Position numbers and translations under genes: made by a program
Assembly (NCBI GenBank): GCA_965214835.1
Contig: CBDCCK010000002.1
Location: 2,752,001 to 2,816,000 of the forward strand
Length of the DNA stretch: 64,000 nt
Reading direction: 5' to 3'
Source of the DNA: Nitrosopumilaceae archaeon
GTDB taxonomy: Archaea; Thermoproteota; Nitrososphaeria; Nitrososphaerales; Nitrosopumilaceae
Shown here: positions 43,889 through 54,276 of the stretch, in pieces
How positions within the stretch are numbered: position 1 is the first letter of the stretch
How the letters are laid out: the number at the start of each line of letters is the position of its first letter
Notes under the pieces: generated by a model
What the model saw: only the letters and a program-made list of their open reading frames with translations
Databases searched by the model: none
Told to the model about the DNA's origin: nothing

Positions 43889-43978
43889 ATGAACAGCGAC
43901 TTCAAGGCAATAGGGTATTCCTTGATCGGCATAATAGCCCTAGGCATAGCCTGGGGATTCTATACAGTCTACGGCTAG
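43889..43978 (+). CDS. Small single-TM protein (29 aa)
   Basis: MNSDFKAIGYSLIGIIALGIAWGFYTVYG; TTAAATA box ~27 nt upstream. Confidence 0.65.
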   Translation: MNSDFKAIGYSLIGIIALGIAWGFYTVYG

Positions 43979-44012
43979 TCGTTTAGATCGGTTCCCGGCT
44001 CAAATCCATATA

Positions 44013-44555
44013 TTGCGGCAGTGGCAACTGTGCGTGTTGAGCACCTTTGAGAGGCCAGGCTGGGACGAGTACTTTATGCTGCAGGCAGAGCTGGCCAAGC
44101 TGCGCTCCAACTGCATAGCAAGGCAGGTCGGCGCGGTGATTGTAAGGGACAACAGGCAGCTTGCCACAGGCTATAACGGAACACCGCCTGGCGTAAAAAA
44201 CTGCTTTGATGGCGGGTGCAAGAGATGCCAGCTGCGCACGGAGGGGAAGATCAAGTCAGGGGATCTGCTTGACAGGTGTCTTTGCAACCATGCAGAGGCC
44301 AATGCAATCATGCACTGCGCGATCCTAGGCATCGAGGCAGGCGTCAAAGGGGCAATGCTGTATACGACGCTGGTGCCATGCCTAGAGTGCACAAAAATGG
44401 CAGTCACGATTGGAATCAGGAGGATTATTTGCCTTGACTCCTACCCCGAAACAGATTATGGGCTGATAAAGGAGGCAGGGGTGAAGGTGGTCACGCTGGA
44501 TAAAAACAAGATTCAAAAATGGGCACAGCAGCTAACGGGTGATTATTCAAAATAG
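44013..44555 (+). CDS. dCMP deaminase
   Basis: RPGWDEYF, TGYNG, HAEANA, PCLEC; start probably slightly downstream. Confidence 0.92.
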   Translation: MRQWQLCVLSTFERPGWDEYFMLQAELAKLRSNCIARQVGAVIVRDNRQLATGYNGTPPGVKNCFDGGCKRCQLRTEGKIKSGDLLDRCLCNHAEANAIMHCAILGIEAGVKGAMLYTTLVPCLECTKMAVTIGIRRIICLDSYPETDYGLIKEAGVKVVTLDKNKIQKWAQQLTGDYSK

Positions 44556-44557
44556 CC

Positions 44558-47104
44558 ATGTCAGTACAACAAGCACAAAGAGTAACCGAGCTGCCTCCCT
44601 CCATGCTGGTGTCTGCGACATATGACAGCAAGAACAGGTGCGCAGTACTAAAGTTCTACGAACCAGAGTCGCAGAAAATCATCCTATGGCGGGACGAGAT
44701 AGGCCACAGGCCGTACTGCTACTCAAAGCTAAACCCGGACGAGCTTGGATTCATCGCAGGCAGGAAGGATCTGATAGAAATCAAGGACGTCCGGCGAAAC
44801 GACCTGCTCAGGAGCGAGGAGATTCCGCTATCAAAGATTGTCGTAGAGGATCCGCTGGCCATAGGCGGCACTGCAACGGACAAAAGCCTGAGAAACGTAA
44901 TCGAGACGTGGGAGTCAGACATAAAATACTATGAGAGTTATCTTTACGACAGATCGTTGATCATCGGCAAGTTCTACGAGATCAAGGACTCAAAGGTGAC
45001 CCCGCACGACATGGAGATCCCCCCGGAGGTAAAAGAGTCGCTCAAGACCCTGCTGTGGGAGAATATCTCAGATGAGAAGATGGTAGATCCCGGGCAGTTT
45101 GAGGAGTACATTTCAGACTGGGCGGATCTGCTCAACCAGCCCATTCCAAAGATGAGACGGGTGAGCGTGGACATAGAGGTAGAGGCGGAGGTCGGCCGCA
45201 TTCCGGATCCCAAGCTGGCCGAAAGGAAGGTTACGGCCATAGGGTTTTCAGGAAGCGACGGGTTCAGGGAGATCCTTGTGCTAAGGAAAGCGGGGGTTCA
45301 GCAGGGGGCCAACGACCTGGACTTTGAGCCAAGGTTCTACGAGGAGGAGGACGAAAGACAGATGATACTGGACGCCTTTGGCCTGCTCAGGGAGTTTGCG
45401 TTCGTCCTGACGTATAACGGGGACGAGTTTGATCTGCCGTACCTTTTCAATCGGGCAGAGAGGCTGGGAGTCAAGACGGAGGACAACCCGCTGTACATGA
45501 TGAGGGACTCGGCCACCCTAAAGCACGGCGTGCACATCGACCTGTACAGGACCCTGTCCAACAGATCCTTTCAGATCTACGCATTCAGCCACAAGTATTC
45601 GGACTTTTCGCTCAACAGCGTCTCAAAGGCGCTGCTGGGCAAGGAGAAGATCGACTATGGCGTGGAGTTAAACGACCTGACGCTTTACCAGACTGCAAAC
45701 TATTGCTACAACGACGCGCTACTGACCTACGAGCTTGCAAGCTTTAACAGCGACCTGCTGATGAACCTGCTAGTCGTAATCGCAAGAATCGGCAGGATGC
45801 CGATTGACGACATTGCAAGGCTCGGGGTGTCGCAGTGGATTCGCAGCCTGATGTATTACGAGCACCGCCAGAGAAACGCGCTGATTCCAAAGAGGGAGGA
45901 GCTGCAAAAGCACTCGGCTGCGGTGTCCTCAGAGGCCGTAATCAAGGACAAAAAGTACCGGGGCGGCCTGGTCGTGGATCCCATGGAGGGAATCCACTTT
46001 AACGTCACGGTGATGGACTTTGCAAGCCTGTATCCGAGCATCATCAAGGTGCGAAACCTGTCCTATGAGACGGTAAGGTGTCCGCACGAGGAGTGCAGGG
46101 CAAACACCATCCCGCAGACCAGCCACTGGGTATGCACCAAGAAAAACGGGATGACGGCCATGCTCATAGGCTCGCTACGGGACCTTAGGGTAAACTACTA
46201 CAAGAGCCTGTCAAAAAGGGAGTCGATTACAGAGGAGCAGAGGCAGCAGTACACGGTCGTCAGCCAGGCGCTCAAGGTCATCCTCAACGCCAGCTACGGT
46301 GTAATGGGCGCAGAGATATTCCCCCTGTACTTCCTGCCTGCCGCGGAGGCCACGACTGCCATCGGGAGGCACATAATTTTGCAGACGATTGAAAGGTGCA
46401 AGGAGTTTGGAGTCGAGGTGCTATACGGCGACACGGACTCGCTGTTCATCAAGAACCCCACGCAGGAGCAGATCGACAGGGTCATCAAGCAGGCAAAAAA
46501 GGATCACGGTGTTGACCTTGAGGTGGACAAGGAGTACAGGTATGCGGTGCTGAGCAACAGAAAGAAGAACTACCTGGGGGTCACAAGGTCAGGCAAGGTG
46601 GACGTCAAGGGGCTGACGGGGAAAAAATCCCACACGCCGGGGTTCATCAAAAAGCTGTTTTATGAGCTGCTCGACGTGCTATCCGAGGTCGAAACAATAG
46701 AGGGCTTTGAGCGCGCCAAAAAGGAGATCAGCGACAGGATTGCAGGCTATGCAAAAAAGGTGCAGGAAAAGGAGATCCCGCTTGAGGATCTGGCGTACAA
46801 CGTCATGATAAGCAAGGCGCCCTCAGAGTATGTCAAGACGGTCCCCCAGCACATCAGGGCCGCCAAGATGCTAGAGTCCACAAGGGAGATCAAAAAGGGT
46901 GACATCATATCGTACATCAAGACGCTGGGCAAGCCAGGTGTAAAGCCAGTCGAGCTTGCAAGGCAGACCGAGATTGATCCGAAGAAATACCTCGAGTTCA
47001 TGGAGTCGACACTTGACCAGATAACGTCCTCCATGGATCTTGACTTTGACACCATACTGGGCAAGCCAAAGCAGACCGGCCTGGACCAGTTTTTCTGGAA
47101 CTGA
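44558..47104 (+). CDS. polB1: Family B DNA polymerase (PolB1)
   Basis: DIEV, DFASLYPS, KVILNASYG, YGDTDS, KKNY. Confidence 0.97.
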   Translation: MSVQQAQRVTELPPSMLVSATYDSKNRCAVLKFYEPESQKIILWRDEIGHRPYCYSKLNPDELGFIAGRKDLIEIKDVRRNDLLRSEEIPLSKIVVEDPLAIGGTATDKSLRNVIETWESDIKYYESYLYDRSLIIGKFYEIKDSKVTPHDMEIPPEVKESLKTLLWENISDEKMVDPGQFEEYISDWADLLNQPIPKMRRVSVDIEVEAEVGRIPDPKLAERKVTAIGFSGSDGFREILVLRKAGVQQGANDLDFEPRFYEEEDERQMILDAFGLLREFAFVLTYNGDEFDLPYLFNRAERLGVKTEDNPLYMMRDSATLKHGVHIDLYRTLSNRSFQIYAFSHKYSDFSLNSVSKALLGKEKIDYGVELNDLTLYQTANYCYNDALLTYELASFNSDLLMNLLVVIARIGRMPIDDIARLGVSQWIRSLMYYEHRQRNALIPKREELQKHSAAVSSEAVIKDKKYRGGLVVDPMEGIHFNVTVMDFASLYPSIIKVRNLSYETVRCPHEECRANTIPQTSHWVCTKKNGMTAMLIGSLRDLRVNYYKSLSKRESITEEQRQQYTVVSQALKVILNASYGVMGAEIFPLYFLPAAEATTAIGRHIILQTIERCKEFGVEVLYGDTDSLFIKNPTQEQIDRVIKQAKKDHGVDLEVDKEYRYAVLSNRKKNYLGVTRSGKVDVKGLTGKKSHTPGFIKKLFYELLDVLSEVETIEGFERAKKEISDRIAGYAKKVQEKEIPLEDLAYNVMISKAPSEYVKTVPQHIRAAKMLESTREIKKGDIISYIKTLGKPGVKPVELARQTEIDPKKYLEFMESTLDQITSSMDLDFDTILGKPKQTGLDQFFWN

Positions 47105-47108
47105 TTGC

Positions 47109-47396
47109 ATGTACCTGGACGAAGGCACGCTTACCCTAGTCGGAATTCTTGCGGGAATCCTGATTTTGTCTGGATGGGTGCAGCAGATCATCAAGGGATA
47201 CAGGACAAAAAGCCTCAAGGACGTATCCAGGTACCTGATGTCCCTGATTGCAGCAGGGGCGGCGCTGTGGCTGGTCTACGGGATAGAGGTGGAGGACGTC
47301 TACATCATAGGCACGAACCTTGCGGCAATAGTGCTGATGGTAATCGTGATTGCCATGAAGCAAAGGTACGACAGGAACATCCGGATCAAGGATTAA
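47109..47396 (+). CDS. SemiSWEET/PQ-loop small transporter
   Basis: Three TM segments, TKSLKDVS, LWLVYG. Confidence 0.85.
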   Translation: MYLDEGTLTLVGILAGILILSGWVQQIIKGYRTKSLKDVSRYLMSLIAAGAALWLVYGIEVEDVYIIGTNLAAIVLMVIVIAMKQRYDRNIRIKD

Positions 47397-47849
47397 ATAG
47401 CAACAAGGGGTGCATTGAGACAGGCCTTGTTTGTCGGGACTAGTAAGTTAACGGGAGCTGATTTATCTTGGAAAGCGTCGGGAGCTGGAACTTGTGACCA
47501 TTCTAGGCACTAACCGCCGAGTGATGCGTTCAACTGGCAGACCTGCGCTTACTCAGTTTAATCGAATATCTCCATCGACTATCTTCTGTATCTCAAGCGG
47601 ATCCCCCTGTCTAAAATCGAACTTTGGCGTAAGCTGGCCTGCTCATATTAAACTAGGCGTGGGTTAGAGAGACACCGTCCGCCACCGCTAAAGGGCCCGA
47701 ACGTTTTAACATAGATGGGAAGACTGCACGTCTAGAAAGACTGAAATGAGACGATCACTTTTTGTGTATGTAACCATTTATCGTTCTATTGTATGAAAAT
47801 TGCAAAATTCAAAAGTAGAATCAAGGTGGCAGGCAGGGCTGTTGAATAC

Positions 47850-50800
47850 TAGACCTTATGCGTAAACGAAATTAGCGGTGGTACCCCCGATACCCATGCT
47901 ACAAAGAGAGGGCGCAGCAGTGACGGCACACACACATGACGGTGCCTTGCAATGTTCAAAATATTTGATCAAAACCACAACTGTTTTCAGACGATTGATT
48001 TAGATCCGGGATCCATTCCCTCACAAGAGTAATGGCAAAGTCCGAGACCGAGCAGATACGACTGCTGAGGAAGAGAATCGAGCAGTACGAGAAGGAGAAG
48101 GTACAGGACAGGAAGGAGAAGGCGCGGGACAAAAAGAAGATCAGGAAGTATGAGAAGAGGATCAAGAGGCACGAGAAGAAAATCGGGAAGGACAGGAAGG
48201 AGAAGGCGCGGGCAGGCAGGAGAGGATGCGGTACAGGAAGGAGATCAGAGAGTACGAGAAGAAGGGCAGGCAGGACGGCAGGAGGCACGAGCGGGATCAG
48301 GAGAGGATAGGGCAGCTGGAGCAGCAGCTGGACGCCGAGCGCCGGATGTGGCCCGCAACCTGGGATGACGACAGGCGCACCGCGGACAACGCCGCGTTCA
48401 TACACAGGCTCGAGGTGCTCGAGGACATAATCGGCGGCGGATCCCTGCAGCCCACCACGTCGATGAACCGCCGCCGGTTTGACTATACATACGACCGGTT
48501 TACGGAGTTTGCCAAAAAGCACACGGAGGGCCCCCTATTCTCAGAGGACGAGGACGACGGGCCCGGAAACCGGTGCAAGCTGTCCTACCGCCACGCTCCC
48601 CTGCTGGCCCTGATGCGCAAGTACGGAAACCCGACACGGGAGCAGCTTGCGGCGTTCTTTGGCATAGACCAGAGCACGGTATGCAGATACCTCAAGTATT
48701 GCGACATGATATTTCTCAAGATACTGCCCACGCCGGACGCCGTATCTCAGAAGATACGAAACGCCCGCACGATCGAGGGGCTCAGGGAGATCATCCCGGA
48801 TCTGACCGTGATTGTAGACGGCACGCACATCAGTAGTTCCTCGATGTACTTTTGCAGGCACGATAATTACGCAATTTGCCGAGATTTTTTGACCATCATA
48901 CTATAGATCAGGCGGTGTGCCAACCATCATCATGATACCAACACAAAACGACGTGTTTGCACACCAGTTTGACATAACATCGAGACAGTTTAAAACATTG
49001 CGACGGCGGTTTCCCAAGCTCGGGCTGGCCGTCTCAAAGAGTCGCAACGCAGTGTATGACCACATCGACGCACTGCGCGTTCTATATTTCATGTCTGAGA
49101 GGAGGATGTTTGCAGAATCTGCCGTGACGCACCTTCGCAGGCGGGCCTCAAAATGCAGCAGGCAGCAGCATGACGACGGGGCTGCCTCCAAGGGCGGCGC
49201 GTATAGTTGCCGTACGCCTAGTCCGGACTGGATCCTAAAGGCGATCCGGGGCGTCAGCCTGGATGATGCGCAAAAGTGGTGCAGCTCCATGCTGCAGCAT
49301 ACGGTAAGGTGCGCCCGCAGGTCAGGCATGCTGCACAACACGGACGTCGTGGCAGTGGACGTTACCGACGTGGAATACTATGGCAAGGGCCTGGAGGATA
49401 TCGCCAGAAAGTCAAAGCCCAAGAACGGCACGTCGACGTTTCTCTCGCACATTACCATGCACGGAATAGGATCAGATGACGGGTCTGACCTCGTGCTTTC
49501 CTCGCTGCAGCTTCCAAAAGAGGCAAAACTGGCCGATTTCGTGCCTAAAATGATCCGCAAGGCGTCCAGATCAGGGATGAGGATCAAGACGTTCCTGTAT
49601 GACCGCGGGTTCTTTAACGTGGACTGCATGAGGGCTGCAGAAACAAGCACGGGCAGCTACATCATGCCTGCCGTCAAGAACAGGAGGATAGTGGCGGCAA
49701 TAGAGGAGCATGACCGCGGAGAACGCGGTGCGGTATCAAAATATACAATGACCAACAAGGACGGCAAGAGCGCCACATTCAGGCTAGTCATTGTGGAAAA
49801 GGACGAGGTAGAAAAGGACGGCACGGCAGCAGCAAAGAAGGACAAGGCAGAAGAGACCATAGCCGACAGGTATCTGGTCTTTGCCACCAACATGTCTGCT
49901 AAAAGTGCAGAGGCAGTCATTGAGCAGATACCGGAGGAGTACCGCAGTCGGTGGGGAATCGAGACCGGGTTCAGGGTGATCAAGGGGATAATGGGCAAGA
50001 CGTGCAGCAATTCCCCGGTCGTCAGGCTGCTGCTGTTCTATATGTCTGTCATACTGTACAACCTGTGGAGGACTGCCGTGTTCATAGACGTGGAATCCAA
50101 GTGGGACGGATTTGCAGGAGGGAAGGGGTTTACCATGATGCTGTTTGTCGCGTGCATTGTCGATGCGGCCGACTCGTTTGTAAACGATCGCGGAAAGTAG
50201 CGGAGGTGCCGTGTCGGGTCTGCAAAAGTACATCTAGGAAGTACTGACATCGACATACAGCGCCCCTCGGACAAGGAGCCAAGAAAGGGGGGCGTACTCG
50301 GGCAGGAAGAAGAGCTTTACGCGCAACACCCAGGTGATTGCCGGCAAGAAGGGACTGACGATGTATGCAAGTCGGCGCCCGGAAGCGTGCACGACCTCAC
50401 CATGATAAAGAACAACCCACCGGATCTGGGAATCCTGACTGCCAGGAGCGCGGCAACAGAAAGCACCACGAGGACGAGAAGGTAAAGATGTTCTCGGATC
50501 TGGGATACGTGGGAATCGAGGAGGTGTATCCCGGGGTCAGATCCGTGCAGCCCAACAAGAAGCCAAGGAAAGGCAAGCTTACAAAGAAACAGAAAGCGCA
50601 GAACAGGAGGATAAGCAGCAAGAGGGTGACAGTAGAGCACGCCATAGGACGGATAAGGCAGTACAAGCGGATGCGTGATCCGTACGACGGGACTGCCCGA
50701 GGAGTTCGACAGGGAGTTCCAGGTGACGGCCGGGCTTGCCAACTTTAGGCTGCTGTGGGACAAGCGGAACAAGAAGCTCATGCATGGGTTCTGATATCAC

Positions 50801-50989
50801 GATACGGAGCGCATTGAGGCGCCACACGATGCCGCACGACATGGTAGTTTTTACCAGCTGGAATGGTCCGTAGCTGCACGATATACGGACTCTGCCGCCC
50901 CTGTACACGTCATGTGATGCCGTCAGCCTTGCATGTGTGGCCGGCCACCGTCGGAATATTTCGATCCGGTCGATTACGCATAAGGTCTA
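47850..50989 (+). mobile_element. IS5-like element IS-A copy 3, interrupted by ISH3-like element
   Basis: Both TIRs present; transposase split at DGTHI. Confidence 0.9.
48831..50246 (+). mobile_element. ISH3/IS4-like element (transposase 48917-50200)
   Basis: 27-bp TIR CAGTAGTTCCTCGATGTACTTTTGCAG; TSD ACAT; AVD, YDRGF, YRSRWGIETGF. Confidence 0.92.
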
Positions 50990-51122
50990 GTCTCTTCCTC
51001 TGATCTTCAAGAGCCTCATCGACGATGTATTCCTCCATGCTCTGCTCGATACATCTGAAGGTCTTCACCGGGACACTGCGTGTCAGAATTCCCCTTTCAA
51101 CCCTGGAAAAATCGACTTGCAA
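50990..51122 (-). pseudogene. Probable GNAT toxin N-terminus truncated by IS-A
   Basis: KTFRCIEQSMEEYIVDEALEDQ resembles the start of TacT-like GNATs; follows a small acidic ORF. Confidence 0.45.
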
Positions 51123-51269
51123 TTAGAAAGTCACGGTGGGGATGTCTTTGGCGGACTTGAGCGCCTCTTTCAGTGCTTGGGCCTGTTCTGCCGTCTGCCC
51201 GGCCTCCACATCATCCGTAAGCTCCTTCCACTCAGCATCATCCAACGGCTCGATCTCTCTTAATGTCAT
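51123..51269 (-). CDS. Small acidic putative antitoxin
   Basis: MTLREIEPLDDAEWKELTDDV...; abuts the GNAT-like ORF. Confidence 0.45.
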   Translation of the reverse strand: MTLREIEPLDDAEWKELTDDVEAGQTAEQAQALKEALKSAKDIPTVTF

Positions 51270-51581
51270 GCATTTGGCAACCATCACTCCTTTAATAAAA
51301 ATTGAGGCTTCCTTCAGGAGCAAGAGTTTACCCCTCATGCGGCACTGCTGGCCGGAGCCTTCATGATCACGCATGCTGGAGGAGTTCCTCGGTTTCACAG
51401 CATTGATTTCCTCAAAATCATCCAACCGGCAAAATCCGCCTACTCGACCTCACAGAATCACCCGTCTTTAACCTCTCAGGCAGAAACTCACATGTCACTG
51501 TGATCTTCGCGCCCTGATGATAGTGGACTCTGCCTGATCAACACCGGTCACTCCGCGCTTAAATCATCGTACGTATGGTGA

Positions 51582-51826
51582 CAGTCTTCCCAGAAGTAAC
51601 CCAGAAAACGGCCCCAGATTTGAAACAAATCAAATTAGGATATCTACAGATTCGCCTGCCGCCATCTGCACAGTCATGAATCACGTACTTCTGGGAAGAC
51701 TGCTAATCAGTCTTCCCAAAAGTACCGCATCAAATCATCCTAGGCTCGAAACAATTCAGATGATGATGCCTGCAGATCCACATGTCACCTACTGCACCGC
51801 CGTGAGTCGGTTACTTCTGGGAAGAC
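51582..51826. mobile_element. Two tandem MITE family B copies (51582-51702, 51708-51826)
   Basis: CAGTCTTCCCA(G/A)AAGTA / TACTTCTGGGAAGAC ends. Confidence 0.8.
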
Positions 51827-51876
51827 GATGTACCAATTACGCACAAAGTCTAGTATAGTGTAGATAAAGCTACTGA

Positions 51877-51967
51877 GTACGAGTTTACCACTTGGGCGTC
51901 ATTGGTGTCTGGAGCCTTCATGATCACGCCTGTCACACCGTATCTCAGGTGAGGGGTAAACTCGTAC
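51877..51967. mobile_element. MITE family C (91 bp)
   Basis: GTACGAGTTTACC...GGTAAACTCGTAC; 5-bp TSD ACTGA; partial copy at ~51321-51380. Confidence 0.85.
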
Positions 51968-52419
51968 ACTGAGTGACATCTACGACGTGGATTTCTCTTT
52001 TCTCAACAAAAAGCGCACATCGAAGTATGACATCTTCCTCTTTGACATACACCTTGAAGCCTTCTCCACATGTAATAAAATGAAGCGATCCCATGGCTCT
52101 TGCCATGTTCCTAATGCTTTCAATCTCTTTCATGTAGATTTCAAAAGAATTAGAATCCTGTGAGTTGCGTGATCTAATCCAACTAATGACAGTTTGACTT
52201 ATTAGAGTATGCCAGCCATTTTGAGACAATTTCAAGTCACGAACTTAGAATATCTTTCAGGTTTCCCGTATAGTGCAATGGCGTTATGGAACCATCACGT
52301 ACCTTGGCCTTGTATGCCTTAATTGCGTCCGTATCATCCTGTGTCCATTCAAGCTTGCTAGGATTCATGTTACACAGCACAAGTGCAATTATTTAAAGGT
52401 AATTATTTTAGGGGACTGG

Positions 52420-53470
52420 TGTGTTATATGAAAATTAGGTTCGTTAGTCATTGATGTCCCTCTCCATCCATTTTGGGTCTTTTTTTCTGATCGCTTCTGT
52501 AGCCTCCCTTGCCAAAAAGGCCTGCAGTGGCGTCTCACACTTGTCGATATCCAGTGCAGTGCAGCCTGCGCTCGTTATAGTACTCCACGTATGCAGCCAG
52601 GCTCTCATAGTGGTGGATTTCCTTCTCTATGCTGCCGTGCAACCGTTCCAGCTTGCCGTTGGTCTCCGGATGGTACGGCCTGGAGTTTATCAGCCCGATG
52701 CCCCGGTCCAGCAGCTCGGCCTCAAATGCAGTCGGCTTCCACGTCCCCTTTGGCATGTTCTTCTTGCTACGGCCGCCGTTGAAGCACCTGCCGTTGTCAG
52801 ACAGTATGGTAGCCGGCGTGCCAAATCTGTCTATGGCATCCCTGAGTGTTATCACCACGTTTTCTGATGTGGCCTCGGCAAACGTCCGTGCCGCCATGAT
52901 ACATCTGGATGAATCGTCCAAAAACGTGACTAATTTGAGCCCTCTCAGGCGTGGATCCTTCATATCGTGCCAGTCCACGTGCCACATTGCGTTGGAGTAC
53001 TTGCGCTCATAGCGTAGCCACTTGCGCTGTCCGGATCTTGCAGCAGACTTTGAGACCAGCTTGTTCTCACTCATTATCCTGTATACAGAGTTGTAGCTTA
53101 TATTCAATTCCTCCCTTGCACGCCTGGCCGTGCGCACCACACCGATGTCCTGCTCGGCGTACAGGCGAAGTACCGTCCGAACCTCATCGCTTGAGGGCGG
53201 CGGCGATGCTGGCCTGCCGGGACTCTTTTGCACGTGTATTACGCCGGTTCTTTCGAACTCGGCGCACAGTCTGCCCACGTACTGGGGCGTCACCTTCAGC
53301 TCCTCTGCTATTGCCTTGAGCGTCCTGCCCTTCTTACGCTGTCTTGTGGCGTATCTTATCTGTCGCTCTGTCAGTGCTTTCTTTTTCGTCGTTTTTCTTG
53401 ATCGGTAAAGGGTAAAGTATTCCTTGGCTTTTCTCAAAATCTTAGGCGAACCTAATTTCCATATAAGACA
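52420..53470 (-). mobile_element. IS481-family element (transposase 52535-53437, 3' frameshift)
   Basis: WHVD, FLDDSSR, LSDNG, HPETNGKLER; TGT..TATATG.AAATTAGGTTCG TIRs. Confidence 0.9.
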
Positions 53471-53523
53471 ACCGAACCTGTGTCCAGATATGTGGTCTTG
53501 GCCGATGCCAGAACCAATGAAAG

Positions 53524-53616
53524 GTATGTGGTCACTTCCCCCTGCTGGCCAGGCGTGAAAATCATAACCCTACATGCCAATTCGTGCCTGATTGATAGGG
53601 GTAGGTGACCTCGTAC
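53524..53616. mobile_element. MITE family A (93 bp)
   Basis: GTATGTGGTCAC...GTGACCTCGTAC; 8-bp TSD AATGAAAG. Confidence 0.9.
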
Positions 53617-53634
53617 AATGAAAGTATGTTTATG

Positions 53635-53871
53635 TCAAGTCCAGCGGTGGGGATTCCTGCAAGGACACCCTCGACACATACCCCCCCCCCCACCACAGAA
53701 TGGGTCTAGCAACGATACAGGTTTAGTCTCTTGGATCATCTTTTTTGCAAGAGCTGGAATCATAGATGCCACATACGGATGCATTCCATGAGTGGCATAA
53801 GTGGTGCTGATTTTCTTGAATTGGAAATCATCACGCAGAATAGGTCTGGCTAGTCGTGCATGTGTCGTCAT
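53635..53871 (-). pseudogene. DNA methyltransferase N-terminal fragment
   Basis: THGMHPYVA...LLDPFCGGG; frame lost in a poly-G run. Confidence 0.75.
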
Positions 53872-54044
53872 TTTTCACACCCACCTTTCACCATTATTTT
53901 TTTGCCCTCAATCACAAATTGAATCGATTTGGGGTTATTAAGGAAATCTCTGATCGGTTTGGGTACTCGGCAGATTATACTATGCCTTCCATCATCTGAC
54001 AGTTTTACACAAAACCTAGTTTCGTCTTCCTTCCATCTTGTCAA
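53868..54044 (-). CDS. Small AbrB-like DNA-binding protein (58 aa)
   Basis: TTG start; MTRWKEDETRFCVKL..CRVPKPIRDFLNNPKSIQFVIEGKKIMV; ATGA-coupled to the MTase. Confidence 0.6.
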   Translation of the reverse strand: MTRWKEDETRFCVKLSDDGRHSIICRVPKPIRDFLNNPKSIQFVIEGKKIMVKGGCEK

Positions 54045-54077
54045 TAATCCATTTACGCTGACAGGTTATATTAAGCG

Positions 54078-54142
54078 ATCGGATAACTATGCATACGGAT
54101 AGCAGCAAGGATTAAATAAGCATACGGATAATATCGCGTATG
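54078..54142. promoter_or_regulatory. tRNA promoter with operator-like repeats
   Basis: TTAAATA at 54112-54118; GCATACGGATA at 54091 and 54120; imperfect palindrome CATACGGATAATATCGCGTATG at 54121-54142. Confidence 0.6.
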
Positions 54143-54225
54143 GCGAGGTTGCTTAGGCAGGTAGAGCGACGATCTGAAAAATCGTTGGGTGTGCACCTAC
54201 GGGGGTTCGAATCCCCCTCTCGCCG
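54142..54225 (+). tRNA. tRNA with GAA (Phe) anticodon on a Ser-type class II body
   Basis: Acceptor GGCGAGG/TCTCGCC, G73; anticodon arm ACGAT-CTGAAAA-ATCGT (GAA at 54176-54178); 15-nt variable arm TGGGTGTGCACCTAC; T arm GGGGG-TTCGAAT-CCCCC. Confidence 0.92.
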
Positions 54226-54276
54226 CTTACAACATTTTCCATTATTCTCTATTTTAACTTTTGAGCGGGATCAGAT

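Noticed and set aside
51945-52235. 96-aa AT-rich ORF
   Set aside because: No recognisable family, and its 3' end runs into a MITE.
54174-54180. TGA read as a normal Ser(UGA) anticodon
   Set aside because: The 5-bp stem ACGAT/ATCGT gives loop CTGAAAA; the T is U33, so the anticodon is GAA.
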